Source of the DNA: Chrysomallon squamiferum | Taxonomy: Eukaryota > Animalia > Mollusca | NCBI GenBank assembly: GCA_012295275.1 | Contig: CM022678.1 | Location: 5,642,001 to 5,706,000, forward strand | DNA: 64,000 nt | Reading direction: 5' to 3' | In this document: in pieces, positions 28,555-42,008 of the stretch | How positions within the stretch are numbered: the stretch's first letter is position 1 | How the letters are laid out: every line of letters starts with the position of its first letter | Program-made: the position numbers and the translations under genes | The notes under the pieces: generated by a model | What the model was told of the DNA's origin: nothing | Databases searched by the model: none | What the model saw: the letters and a program-made list of their open reading frames with translations, nothing else

Positions 28555-29807
28555 ACTTGCCAGTTGTTCCGTCTTACAATAATATTAATAACTAGTGGTA
28601 GCAGTAGTAGCAGAATCAGCAACACTTCTAATAGTTGCTGTTGTGTCAGTAGTAGAGCATACACTGTACTAGTCCTAGTGAAGTAGTAGTTGTTATAGTA
28701 ACAGTAACAGCAGCTGCAGGAGAAGTAGTAACAGTAGTAGTAGTATAACTTTAGTAGTAGTAGTAAAAGTAGTTGTAGTAACACTGCAGTAGGTATAGTA
28801 TTGGCAGTAATAGTAGCAGTAACATTTGGTACTTCTAATAGTCACAGCAATAACAGCATTTTGTTTTACATGTGTGAGGCTTCAATTTAACTCTAACTTT
28901 TTTCAGTTTTTGGATAAGATTTTTGAGAAAAAAATATATAACTGAACGTGTAAAACACTTACATACGTTTTTCAAATTAGCACCATTCACAAATGCACCC
29001 AGTAACACACAAAGATCATGATGTCTACTTATCAATGAATTCTTCATTCACAACTTCCGTGTTTCGAAATGTAAATTTTTTTTTTTGTATTTTCTCATTT
29101 ATTTTTGTTCCCCTTCTTTCTTTCTGTACTTTTTTTTTTTCCTTCGTTTATTTTTTTATTTTTTTTTTTATTTATAACATGCGGAAATACGACAAACGGC
29201 TTGTTGAAAGAGACCCCATTAAGGAAACTGCATCTTTCCTAACAGAACCCGCGTAAATTCGTCCACTGACGTATTTATGACAGCGAAAATTTAAAAACGC
29301 TATTTTCGTTTACGAAACTGCGGCTGTCAATTCGGACATTAAACCGAGCTTAGTCGCCATTAAGCACTTTGAAAAATTATTTTATATACAAAATTTCCGG
29401 ACATAGGAGCGGGAGAGAAAAAAAATAAAAAACGTAAAAAAAGAAAAAAAAAAAAAAAATGGTGGAGAAAGAAAATAATGTTCACACGAGAGCTCGGTTA
29501 GCCATCTTAACGCACCTGTCGCGAGAAATGCACGAGACGGTGAATTTTCGTGCGCCTCGCGCATCAAAGCGCTGACTCTGCAGGGGGTCGACAGGTTTTT
29601 CTAGTGTCTGAACATGAAGCGAATCACTCGAAAACGCCAGAAGCGTTCGTACGGACGGCGGGATTATGGCGAAACGTCCAACTCGGTTAGCATCGTCGTC
29701 CTGTTAGAGACGTCTGCGCAAGTGGTGAAGCGGTTACGTCCTTAAAAAAAAAGAAACTTGATGGTTTTGGGATCAAATCTTTCGAATAGCTTCTACCATT
29801 GGTTATT

Positions 29808-29851
<44 letters not shown>

Positions 29852-30734
29852 TTTATTAAAACTTGTATGTTTTCTGGTCAAATTTTACGCACTGGTTAAG
29901 TCGTCTTTTTAAAAAAAATAATAATAATAATAAAAAAAAAAAAATTCTGGTATCAAATCAACTAATGTAACATTGGTCAGATATTTTTTCTTTAAAATTT
30001 GTATATTCTAAGATTTAAAAACCTTTGCACAGACTAAGCATTCCTTCTTTAAAATTCGTATGTTCTCGGTTCAAAAAAATCTTGCAACAAGTTTTATGTG
30101 AGTCTGCATTCTTTAAAACATGAACGCAACGGGATCTAATGCTGGGAAAGGGTTCATTTCATATGACAAAAGTTTCAACTTCATTTTCCCATTGTCGTTT
30201 TCAAATTTAATTTTTTTTTTTTTTTTTTTTTTGATTTCTGTGGTGAATTGGTTAAGTTGGAAATCTTTAAAAGTGATACGACTTCCAGATAAAATTTACG
30301 ATAAATATTTTTGTTTACAAAATAATTATTTTCTAATTAGACATTTAGAAATGGATCCTAGGAAATTAGGTATATAATTAATTAGATTGATTCCACAACA
30401 ACATGCGTGACAGAAAGATAAGAAAGCACAAAGAAAACAAATAAAATTAATTTTTGAAATAGACAAATTTGTCATTTCATTTCATCTAACAGGTTTTTCT
30501 ATAGTATATTTTATTAGAAATTAATTAAATTAAACCACTGAACGAAAAAAGGAACAAGATGAATGAAAAATATTTTCCATGTTTATTATATATAATTTAT
30601 ACTTTAGTTAAACGTTTTTTAATTTTTTTTTTCTTTTCTTATTCATTTCACGTGACTTATAATAAATTTTTTTACTCAGTAAAAAACAAGTTCTAATTTA
30701 TCATGAACAAAATAAAGAAATTTTTTATTTTTTT

Positions 30735-30771
<37 letters not shown>

Positions 30772-31244
30772 TTGTTTATTTATATATATATATATATATT
30801 TTGTTCATTTATTTGTTATTTGTTTATTTTATTTATTTATTTATTATTTATTTTTTATTTTGTTGTTTTATTTTTTATCCTTTTTAACAGTATATCATTA
30901 CATTTATTTTTTTATTTTTTTTTTATCTTATTTTTTTTATTTATTTATTTTCATTTATTTATTTCATTATTTTATTATTATTTTAAATTTTTTATTTTTA
31001 TTTTTTTATTTTTTATTTTTTAAGTTTCTAAAATAATTTTTTCCAGAAGAAACAAAACATTTTTAATCGCATCAAAATTTCATTTACATGCATGTCACAG
31101 TAGAAAGAATAAAACATAAGACAACTTTTCATTAAAAAAAACAATTGTGATTCCGATCTTATTGAAAAAATTAATTTGGCCGCTAAAGTATATGCGAACA
31201 GTTCAAATGAACGTTAAGAACTATGCGAAAAAGAAAATATCTGT

Positions 31245-31869
31245 TTTAATTCGAAAATACATACAGAGAAGTATCACGAATGAGTGTGCGTGTGTGTGCG
31301 TTTGTTTGTATTTTAATAGTTCACGTCCTATACAGAAATAAATGAAAATAATAATTTTACTTCTAAAATATATGCAAAGATATATTGCGTATTACTGTGC
31401 ACATATGCACGTTCGTTTGTGTTTTAATATTTCATGTCCTTGATAGAAGCAAACAAAAAAGATCATTTTATTTTTTTTAAATATATGCAAACAAGTATCA
31501 GGTATGAGTGCGCGTGTATGTGTTTCCGTTTGCATTTAACATTTTACATCCTGTAGAGAAGCAAAAGAAAACGATGATTTTACGTATAAAATATATATAC
31601 AAAGACATGTTGCGAATGAGTGTGGGTGCCCGTGCATTTGTTTGTGTTTTAATATTTCATATCCTATATAGGAGCAAAAGAAAATAAATTTTTATTTTTA
31701 CAATATATATATAAAAAGACAAATTGCTTACGTCTGTGCGCGTATGTGCTTTTGTTTGCGTGTTAACATTCAACATCCTATACAGAAGCAATAGTAAAAC
31801 GATAATTTTTCTTCTACAGTATATATATATATATATATTTATGTATGTATGTATGTATGTATGTATGTA

Positions 31870-31918
<49 letters not shown>

Positions 31919-31985
31919 AAATTACAAGAAAGTGCGTGTATGTGCGTCTGTTTGCGTATTAACGTTTCATCTCCTACACGGGGGA
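31245..31985 (+). repeat. Diverged tandem repeat, unit about 110-115 bp, 6 copies
   Basis: TAA.ATTTCA..TCCT.TA.AGAAGCAAA block; the TCCT anchor falls at about 31327, 31437, 31549, 31662, 31776 and 31971 (last unit lengthened by an SSR). Confidence 0.88.
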
Positions 31986-33502
31986 AAACGAACAAAAAAA
32001 AAAACGTAACGTTATGGAGAAATGTTAAAGGCTTGAGCGAGTCTGAAGTTGTAGTAGCCGAGTCCGATGACGTCCCGCACTAATCAAGTCCGTTTCATCT
32101 GACGTCGTAGTGGTCATTTGGGGATAAACAAAACAAGTGGGTCGGAAAGGACGATGCGTAACAGTGGGGGGTAAATTAGAAGTTTTAACCCGCCAGATCC
32201 AGCAAACATGAAGGGAAGAGAAGGGTGTGTACGCTTAAGTTTAAATTAAAATAATACCAGTTAAGTGTTTTAATCTTGCATGTTGCTGTATATATATATA
32301 TATATTATGTATGGTTAAACAGACACATAAATCTATACACACGCGCACATACACATACACACACGCACACGTACATATACATTCAGACATATATACGAAT
32401 ATTCATAAACATACGCATATATGCGTACACACAGAGAGGAATGCAAAATACATACAAACGCACGTACAGGTACATAGATACGGGTAGATATAAAGATACA
32501 GGATGGAATGGAAAATGAATGAATATAGTAAACTATTAATTATTAAATATCGTGTGTATCTATTAACAGCTCTGTAGTTAAAATAATAACAATAAATAAA
32601 TAAATAAACGACAAAGACAAAGACAAATAAATAAAAAAATAAATAAATAAATAAACGACGGACAGAAAGACAAATAAATAAATAAATAATAAATTTTCAG
32701 CAAGAAAACTATGATTCAAAATGACGTAATGAAAAGTACAAATAAATACGAAGAGTTATACTTGAACTGACTCAAATGACGTCACGATATGATTTTACAT
32801 GGACAGTGTCTGTTATAAATAACAGTAATATTGTGAATAACAACAATGTATAACATATCTCAATAAAATGACGTTTTTACGTGAATTCTGTGACTGTCGC
32901 GAATAATGTTACTATATGTTTAACTATACAAAGATAAATCTTTGAAAAATATGGAAAAGTTATCTTTTTTCTTCTTTTTTTTCTTTTTTTTTTTCTTTTC
33001 TTTCCCCCATAAACAAGAATATTAATTTCTTTCATATTATTTTGTTACTGCACGCGTGAATGAACGAAAGAATAAATGAGTGAGATTTTCAAGCGCTTAC
33101 AAAATGGAATCATGACAATTTACCGCGCGTGTTTTAACAGTCAGTAGATGTAAATTTGTTAATTCCAAAACAAATAAAGAAATGATGAATATTTAGTAAC
33201 GTAAAATATATATATATAAATGAATAGAAAGTGATTTTAAAAATATTTCCAGTTAAATTTTTCAGTAGATAAAACAAATAAAAAATAATACAAAGAATAA
33301 AACGAAAATGTAGGATATACAATAAAAAAAATTTTTTTTAATATCCCGTAAACTATAAATAAGATAAACGAATAAATAAATAAGCAGATATAATTTTAAA
33401 AAAAAAAAAAGAAAAGATATCTACAGAAATCCTCATTCTTATGGTCGATTTTAATCACTTTTAAAAATACTAGAAAACTTGTTTTGTAAGTATATTAGCC
33501 GC

Positions 33503-33545
<43 letters not shown>

Positions 33546-33551
33546 GAATAA

Positions 33552-33582
<31 letters not shown>

Positions 33583-33668
33583 TTATTTATATTTCTTATT
33601 ATCACCATCTTCATTATCATCGTTATTATTTTCATTGTTATTAAACACTTACATGGCTATATAATAAA

Positions 33669-33711
<43 letters not shown>

Positions 33712-33895
33712 GTCAACTATTTCAAAACCCTTTACGCTGTTTGCTTAGTCTAAAATCGTTATTAATAAAAAAAAAAAAAAAAAAAAAACCTTGATTTTTA
33801 TCTTACGTGAATATTTCCATATTTATTAAACATTTATACGTGTGTATATTCATATTTAAAAAAAATATATATATATATATATATCTTTCACTTAC

Positions 33896-33979
33896 CTTGG
33901 ACAGAACAGTCTTCTTTATTAAGTCTCGTCTGCTCAGCAAACTGTTGTCAAAGTTTCTGCCTCGTTTTCGCTGCGACAT
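33896..33979 (-). CDS. Candidate first coding exon (MSQRKRGRNFDNSLLSRRDLIKKTVLSK, phase-0 donor), unknown protein
   Basis: ATG at 33979, 28 open codons, then a consensus AAG|GTAAGT donor. A CpG-rich promoter-like island lies immediately upstream on this strand. Confidence 0.3.
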
Positions 33980-33989
33980 CAAGCGCACG

Positions 33990-34480
33990 CTCACGATAAC
34001 TGTTTACATACGTTGCAGGCGTAAAATAATAAATATCTGTATCAGTTAGATAAGGCGATTTTTGCCCCACGATATTTCTGAGAAGACGAACGCTTTTCGT
34101 TATCAGAAATTCATAACAATAATAATACAATATCGCCTTCTGCGCGCGCGTACTTTTTTTTTTTTTTTACGAATCGTCTGCTAAATCACGTGTCTTGTTC
34201 GGTCTTAAGAAAAACCTTGTATTCGATTTTTACGTCGGGAACTATATTCCGGTCGCGGATTAACATTTGATGGAGAAACCTGTTCGCGTTGATCGTACAA
34301 GTGTTGCAGACGATGCTCTCTACCGGCGTTCTCGTTAATAATTCGACTTTTCGGACTCGGCCTATCAGGAATAAGTCTGTAAATAATGTCGTTGCAGCGC
34401 CTCCGAGACGCCATCGACTCGTACTGTTAGCAACGCCCCGCCCACCTGGCAAAGGGGAGAGAATAAATAACAAGCGAAAG
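33990..34480. promoter_or_regulatory. CpG-rich promoter-like island
   Basis: GC-box GCCCCGCCC at 34435, RFX-like GTTAGCAAC near 34426, TGCGCGCGCG at 34141, E-box TCACGTG at 34186, GATA sites and high CpG density. Confidence 0.4.
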
Positions 34481-34564
34481 AAATGTTAGTAGTAATACTG
34501 AAAACAATGGACAAAAGACAGATGGCGAAATTGGAAGTAACACAAGTTTCTCTCTGTTCCGTTC

Positions 34565-34603
<39 letters not shown>

Positions 34604-34632
34604 AAGAGTTATTATTTGTTTGTTTGTTTGAG

Positions 34633-34760
34633 GAAAACTTGGCGTGTGATACTACTGGAATCAAACGGGTGTCTGTGTAAAATAATTTCTTATTTGAAGC
34701 GAATTACGTTAATTTTAAAGTAATAAAAAAAAATTACTTATCTATTTAGTGCGTGTATTT
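34633..34760 (+). repeat. Dispersed duplicated segment, copy 2
   Basis: Collinear with 27545-27715 but with internal deletions. Confidence 0.85.
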
Positions 34761-35356
34761 GTTCATTTGTTTCATTTATTTATTTATTTATTTATTTATT
34801 TGTTTGTTTGTTTATTTGTTTTTTCTTTATTTTATTTTTTCTGTCATTTATTTTATTTCATCTCATATTTTTTTTTCATTATTCTTTCTTTTGCTTTTCT
34901 TTTCTTTTCTTTATTTAGTTTTATTTGTTTATTTTTTTTATTCATTTTTATTTATTTATTTGATTGCTTATTTATCTACTCTTTCATTTATTCATTCATA
35001 TTTATTTTTATTTTATTATTTTCTGTTTCGTTGATCCTTGTTCTTTCTTTGTTCATTTATTTTTATTTTTATTTTCTTGTTTTCGTTTTTCGTTCCTTTT
35101 ATTAATTTAGTCTTGCTCTTTTTAATTAATTAATGTATTTATTCATTTATTTATTTTTTTACATTCATTTAAATATCTGACATCATTTTTATTATTTAAT
35201 TTTATTATCTCATCTTTTTTATTTATTAGAAAACTGATGAAAAATGAAACAAAACAAAACAAAACAAAAAACCTCATTTATATTTATTCGTATTATATTT
35301 TTTTTTCCCCCCCAAAAAATTCTTTCAATCATTCATCATCATCATCATCATCATCA

Positions 35357-35415
<59 letters not shown>

Positions 35416-36055
35416 TCATGTTTTTTTATTAATTCGCTTATTTATTTATCTAGTTCCAAATCTGCAAAATATAATATCTCTTACACTCTCTTTATCTTAT
35501 ATACTTCAAAAAGATTGTACAAATAATTATATGCTCTATGACCGTTACATCAAAGTTACTGGTATGTGTTATCCTGCCAAAGATGAACATATCATATATA
35601 TAATAATGAAGACAAGAGATCCATCGCTACCGAAGTAAAAAGAAAAAGTTAACTGGTTTGCTCTGAAAAGTAAATATCTTTTAAAAATACCTAATGTTTG
35701 CCGTCAGTAGAAAATATAAGCTGTGTTGTTGCTGTTACCGCTGTTGTTGTTGTTGTTGTCATTATTTTAACTGTCTTTATTATGTCGTCGTTGCAGAAAT
35801 TGTTTCTGTTGATTTCTGTCTTTCTGTTTTGGGGTTTTTGTTTTTTTATGTGTGTATGCGCTTGTTTTTTATTGCAACTGTTGATGATGATGATGACGAT
35901 GATGATGTTGCTTTTATTATTTTCTGTATTTGCTGTTTTTTGAATTTCATCTATGTTATTTCAGTAGGCTTTCTTTTGTTTTCTTTAATTTCTTTTATTT
36001 TTTAAATATTTGTTCCTCAGATTTATTTATTTATTACATCTTTTTTCTTCTTCTT

Positions 36056-36130
<75 letters not shown>

Positions 36131-36188
36131 TATTTGTTTTTATTTATTTATTTAGTTAGTTAGTTAGTTTAGTTTAATTTAGTTTAGT

Positions 36189-36247
<59 letters not shown>

Positions 36248-37062
36248 TTATTTTATTTTATTTTATTTTATTTTAATTATTATTATTACGTATTATTTAT
36301 ATTTTGTTGACCCTGAAGCACAAATCTTACAAGATCTGAACTATTTTACTTTCATAATTTCAAAATTATAAACACAGCGAAGAATACAAAAATGTGCAGA
36401 GTCGTGTAACAAACACAATTTTATTCATTCATTACATTTTTATTTTTCCTTCAAAAATTAACACTTTCGTCTTTCTTTCTTTCTTTCTTTTCTCGTTCTT
36501 TCTTTCTTTCAGTTCTAGTTTCTTTTTCTTTTTCTCCATTTTTTTTTTTTTTTTTTTTTGTTTAAGTTATAAAAAGTAAAAAAAAAGTTTGTTTACGCGA
36601 TAAAATCTGAAAAGAGAAATATTTATCGTGGGTATCATTCTCCTTGTAGCTTATCTTAATACGCGGCGACTGACGGGGGGTAACGGGGGGGGTGAGTTTC
36701 TTAGACTGTCGAGAAAGACGAAGGAACTTTTTTTTTTTTTAATTTTAATTTTTACTTTTTTTTTTTTTTTAAATATATTTTTCCCCTTATCATTTGTTCT
36801 TAAATCAGCCCTAAATTTGCCTTCAACACGTGCACTAATTCATTTAGCTAGCAATAAACACCCAAAACCCCGAGCTAGACGGGGGGAAAAAATGTCGATT
36901 GCATCTTGCGGAATAATTCTCAACCATTTGCGGCAATTAACATCAAAAAAAACAGCACGTGTTTTCAAACAGTCGCGTTACAGTTGACAGTGTCGCCATT
37001 TTGGCTTGTGAAAGCTTTTCGGTTTTTAACGGATCTTTTTTAATAGTCTTTTTAATGTCTTT

Positions 37063-37129
<67 letters not shown>

Positions 37130-37324
37130 GTCTGTCTGTCTCCCATAGAAATAAGTATTTGGTAAAAGTTATAAATATTTAAAAAACCTGAAACATGAAA
37201 CGATTGCGAAGCAGTAATAGTAATAATAGTAGTTGTTGTTGTAGTAGAAGTGGCAGAAGTAATGGTGGTAGTGGTATTGGTTGTGGTGTTGGTAGTTGTA
37301 ACAATGGTAGTTTTAATGGTATAA

Positions 37325-37356
<32 letters not shown>

Positions 37357-38046
37357 ACAGTTACTGCAGCAGTTTTGTTGTTGTAGCAGTAGCCATAGTA
37401 GTAACAGTTGTGCTCGTAGTAGCTGTAGTAGTAATTTTGTTGAATAATTTACAATAGTAGATGTAGTAGTAGTGGTGGTAGTAGTAGCAGCAGCAACAGC
37501 AGTAACTGTTTTTGTTGTAGTAGTAATTGGGATGGTGTTTGTGGCAGTAGTAGTCGTGATGTTATTTCATTATTTCTTTATCATCATGATTATTGTTGTT
37601 GTTGTTGTTGTTGCTGCTGCTGTTGTTTACAGGTTGAAATAGCAGTAAGAATGACATTACTTAATGAACAAATTAAATTAGTTACATGCATAGCTTCTTA
37701 TTAATTTACTTCGAAATGACGTCAGACTTTCAACATGACGTCAGAAAGCAGTTAAAACGTAAATAATTCCCGAATATTAGCAAAACCCACCCAATTAAGA
37801 CTGATTAATCTAAACGACAAAACACGGACTACATTTTGCTGCGTTTATATAATTTATTAACCTGCGTACGGAACTATTTTTCCCAAAAACACTTTTAACT
37901 ACATTAGACATATCATCAAATACAACATGCAAAATCGATTTACCGGGAAAACATCTGTTATTTGTGTGTTTTTTTTTTTGTTTGTTTTTTTATTATTTTA
38001 TTATTTCACCCACCCCCACAAGTAACAGGTGACAGAATTAATCACA

Positions 38047-38060
38047 GCTCCCCCTGGTGG
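38047..38060 (-). promoter_or_regulatory. CTCF core motif match
   Basis: Minus strand reads CCACCAGGGGGAGC, a near-consensus CTCF core. Confidence 0.55.
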
Positions 38061-38117
38061 ACAAACTTGTTAAAGTGATCAGAGGCGCGTGTCTGTTCGC
38101 TTTGTGTCTTGGTGGTT

Positions 38118-38130
38118 AGGTCAAAGGTCA
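38118..38130 (+). promoter_or_regulatory. Perfect DR1 nuclear-receptor element AGGTCA-A-AGGTCA
   Basis: Exact 13-bp match to the RXR/COUP-TF/HNF4-class DR1 consensus. Confidence 0.55.
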
Positions 38131-39917
38131 AGTTTTCGTGCCCAGTTTGTTTCGCTCTGCTAGTGTTTTAACTAACTGAGATGAAACGAACACCAAATCC
38201 GTGCACGTGCGTTCATCAGTTTTTGAATTTTGTTTTTCTTTACTTCTGTGATGAAGAGTTCTTTGCTTTGATTGGCTAATTATTTCCTTTATGAGGCGTT
38301 TCTTTTCCATTTTTTTTTTTTTTTTTTTTATCTTTTTTTTAAATAATTTTTTTATCTTTTTTTAGTTGTTGTTTATTATTATTACGTCATAATAGTTGTT
38401 GTATGTGATGATGTTGTTGTTCTTCTTTGTCTTTACCATTGTCATTGTTGATTGTTGTTGTTGTTTTTTAATTCTTATCATCATCATTATTATTATTATT
38501 ATTATTATTATTTGCTTATTAAACATTATTATTTATTATTTATTAATTTATTTTATTACTATTTTAACAATAAAACAATAAAACAACAACAACAACAATC
38601 TATCAAAATCTGTATTTATATTTTATAATCTGATATAAAACATTAGTAGTAGTAGTAGTTGTGGTTGCCGTTTTTATTGTTGTTCTGCTGGTTATTTAAT
38701 TACATAGTCACCCCATTCTTGTCAAACTAATCGCAAACTAGGATGAAAATGTTTTGACTTCCCCTTCTAAAAATAAGAACACTGGCTTCATTGCGCCATT
38801 ATGACGTCATTCTCTTCTTTATCATTACGTAATAACAATTACTTTTAAAAAAGAAACTTTTTTAAATATCAGCGGTGCACAGGAATTTTATTTCTAAGAA
38901 TTACTGCACCTTTGCTGTACGTACGTAGCAGTAATTTTGTTTATATTTTTATTAGGAACGTGCACATGTGAACAAACGTACGCACGCATGCACACGCGCG
39001 AGCACACGCACACACGCACGCATGCAAAGTCAGATCTATTTTTGCTTTCTTGGTAAGTGATGAGCAGTTTTATAATTCTCAAATACGTATTAGGGGAATA
39101 ATGTCAAATAATAGTAGTAGTTGTTGTTGTAGAAGTAAATGAGATAGTAGCAGTTGTAGACAAGGGGATAATCACTTCTAATATTAACATACGAACATCC
39201 ACACCCACAAACGCACGTACGCACACACCCACAAAAATCCGTACGCAGACACCCACAAAAATAGGAACGCACAAACCCACAAAAACACCTAAGCACGTAC
39301 ACATACACATGCATGCATACATACATACATACATACATACATACATACATACATTCATATACACATACGAATGAATGCATGTTTAAGGACATTCGAGAAC
39401 GAAAAACAAATCCGCTATCAAACGAAAGATGAAGACTACAAAATGGCGGTAACTTCCTATATATAAAAAAATTCAAAAATTAGTTAAAACACTTTATAGT
39501 ACAATACTTTAAAAGAACTGTGCAAAAAAATAGAAGCATCAAAATTTAATTAAATTAAAATTACATACACACACACGTGAACACACGCACGCACACACGC
39601 ACGCGCGGACACACGCTACGGAATTTGAAACCGCTAACACTCTTTTTTTCTTCTTTTTTTTTTTATCGTTTATTTCTTTTCCTTTTAGCTAATCCAGTTA
39701 ATTATTATCTTTCACTTGTCAATCGGTCAACCATCTGACCACTACCAATGTCCACTTAGGGTTCATGTACGCCTGTCCAGCTCTCGCGGTCCTAGTCTCT
39801 GGGCAGATGTGTGAACAAGAAAGATCTGTTTAGATTCCCAGGCCTCAGGTTAAGCCATGCAAAGTTAAAAGAATAACACGGACCATTTGTCCTCAGAAAA
39901 GACCAAAGGTCATTACT

Positions 39918-39935
39918 TAATCCCCTAGGGGATTA
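39918..39935. promoter_or_regulatory. Perfect 18-bp palindrome TAATCCCCTAGGGGATTA
   Basis: Self-reverse-complementary; contains two inverted TAATCC (K50 homeodomain) sites around a CCCTAGGG core. Confidence 0.6.
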
Positions 39936-40124
39936 TCCGGGATCTAGGATTACGGCCAGATACGCACAGGTGTGTAAGTAATAATCTGAGAGGTGAGTTA
40001 ATTAAAAGAAGAAGAAGAAGAAGAAGAAGAAGGAGAAGAAAGCAGTGAATTAAATGAGGAGTTAATTGTAATATTTTATACACTTAGTGCGTGTGTGCGT
40101 GTACGTAGTATGTGTACAAATACA

Positions 40125-40176
<52 letters not shown>

Positions 40177-40199
40177 AATACACACACACACATAAACAC

Positions 40200-40230
<31 letters not shown>

Positions 40231-40769
40231 TATATATATATATATGAATGTAGTTAGATATAATTAGATAGACAGATAGATAGATAGATAGATAGATACA
40301 TGCATAAATACACATACACACACACACGTTGATAGTCTCAATCATATATTTATTTATATATTTTGCTGTTTTGTTTGTTATTTTATTTATTTATTTCTGT
40401 TTGTTCGTTCTTTTGTTCGTTCTTCGTTTGTTAGTTTGTTTGTTAATTTGTTTGTTCATTATTTTTTACTATTCATTATTTGGTTCTTCAATTATTATTC
40501 CAGTTTTAAAATTATATTTATTATTTAACGTTTTGTTTATTCATATTATTATTATTATTATTATTATTATCTGACTTTTGTTGTTAAAAATTCATTTGTG
40601 TCATTATTTCATTTTCACGAAACAATTTTCGAATTTTCTACGCAAAACCAGAAAGCAGGTTAAACATAACAAATTTAGAGGATAGAAAGAATAACGAAAA
40701 AAAAAAAAAAAAGAAGAAAAAAAAAGGAAAGAAAAAATAAATATAAGATAAGAAACAAAAATATTTCGA

Positions 40770-41589
40770 AATGTTGTTTTCTCGTGTATTTCTGATCGTA
40801 TCATCCGATGTCGTGCGTCGTATGTGTCAAACAGAAAAATGAAGACGAAGAAGAAAGAAAAACAAATTCGGACCGAAATAAACAAAGAACAAAGAAAAAA
40901 AATTATTTAAATGTTTTAAAATAATATAACTCTCTCTCACTCTCTCTCTCTTTCTCTCTCTCACACACATACATATTTTCGATCTTATCTTATTTACATT
41001 ATCAAGCTGTGAGTCATAAAGACAAATATTTTTTAACGAAAAAGAAAGATGGATTAATGGAAGGAAGGAAAAAATTAAAGAAATAAAAGAGAAAGAGGGA
41101 AATAAATAAAGACAAAAATCTTTTTGAAATATAACGCATTTTTTTTAATTTTTTTTTTTTTTTTTTTTTATCTCATCTTGCTGACGTTATCGTTATATGA
41201 GTCATAAATACAAATATTTCAACGAAAGAAAAGAAGGAAGGAAGGAAGGAAGGAAGGAATGGATGAAGGAAAATAAAAATTAAAAAATAAACAAAAACCC
41301 AGAAATTGTTTAAATAATATAATTCACATACATATATTAGATTACATCTTGCCTAATCGATGTTATCAATTAAATAAAATAAAATAAAATTAAACAAAAT
41401 TAAACAAAGAGAGTATGAATGGATGAGTGAATAAATAAATGAATGAATGAATGAATGAATGAAAGCAAAACGAGAGAAAAATTAAAAAAATTAAATAGGT
41501 TTTAATATATCACCTTCTCGTGTATTTCCGATCATATCTAATTGTCGTTATGAATCGTTAATTACTGAACAAAAATATTTTAACAAAAG

Positions 41590-41660
<71 letters not shown>

Positions 41661-41810
41661 ATGAATGAATGAAACGAAAAATAAAGAGAGAAATAAAGAA
41701 TGAAAAAATGAAAAATAAATGGGTTTAATATAATATCACCTTCTCATATATTTCCGATCGTATCTAATTGACGTTATCACGTCGTCAGACGCGAAGACAA
41801 ATATTTTGTT
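40770..41810 (+). repeat. Diverged tandem repeat, about 6 units of 160-230 bp with purine-rich SSR spacers
   Basis: TTCTC.T.TATTTCCGATC.TATCT..TTG.CGTTAT...CAAATATTT blocks near 40779, 40972, 41169, 41331, 41511 and 41737. Confidence 0.82.
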
Positions 41811-41952
41811 TTTGTCAGATTGCGGAGGCGCATGCGCGAGTTTACATATCGCTCTTTGAGGCGGGTTTTGTTTTTGCGTTGCGTTTGCAAATAATAAATT
41901 ATGTAATAGATTTAATGTCGTAAAAAGCTGGAGTATTTATTTACATACTTAC

Positions 41953-42008
41953 CCACTGCCAGCGTCTTTGTTTAGATTAGTGGCTTGAACGATGGTCTCA
42001 AACCACAT
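41953..42008 (-). CDS. Candidate short first coding exon (MWFETIVQATNLNKDAGS-G, phase-2 donor), unknown protein
   Basis: ATG at 42008 is open to a TGG|GTAAGT donor at 41953/41952. Confidence 0.22.

Noticed and set aside
28978-28998. miR-29/285-like 5' end TAGCACCATTC
   Set aside because: The 3' half diverges and there is no complementary arm for a pre-miRNA hairpin.
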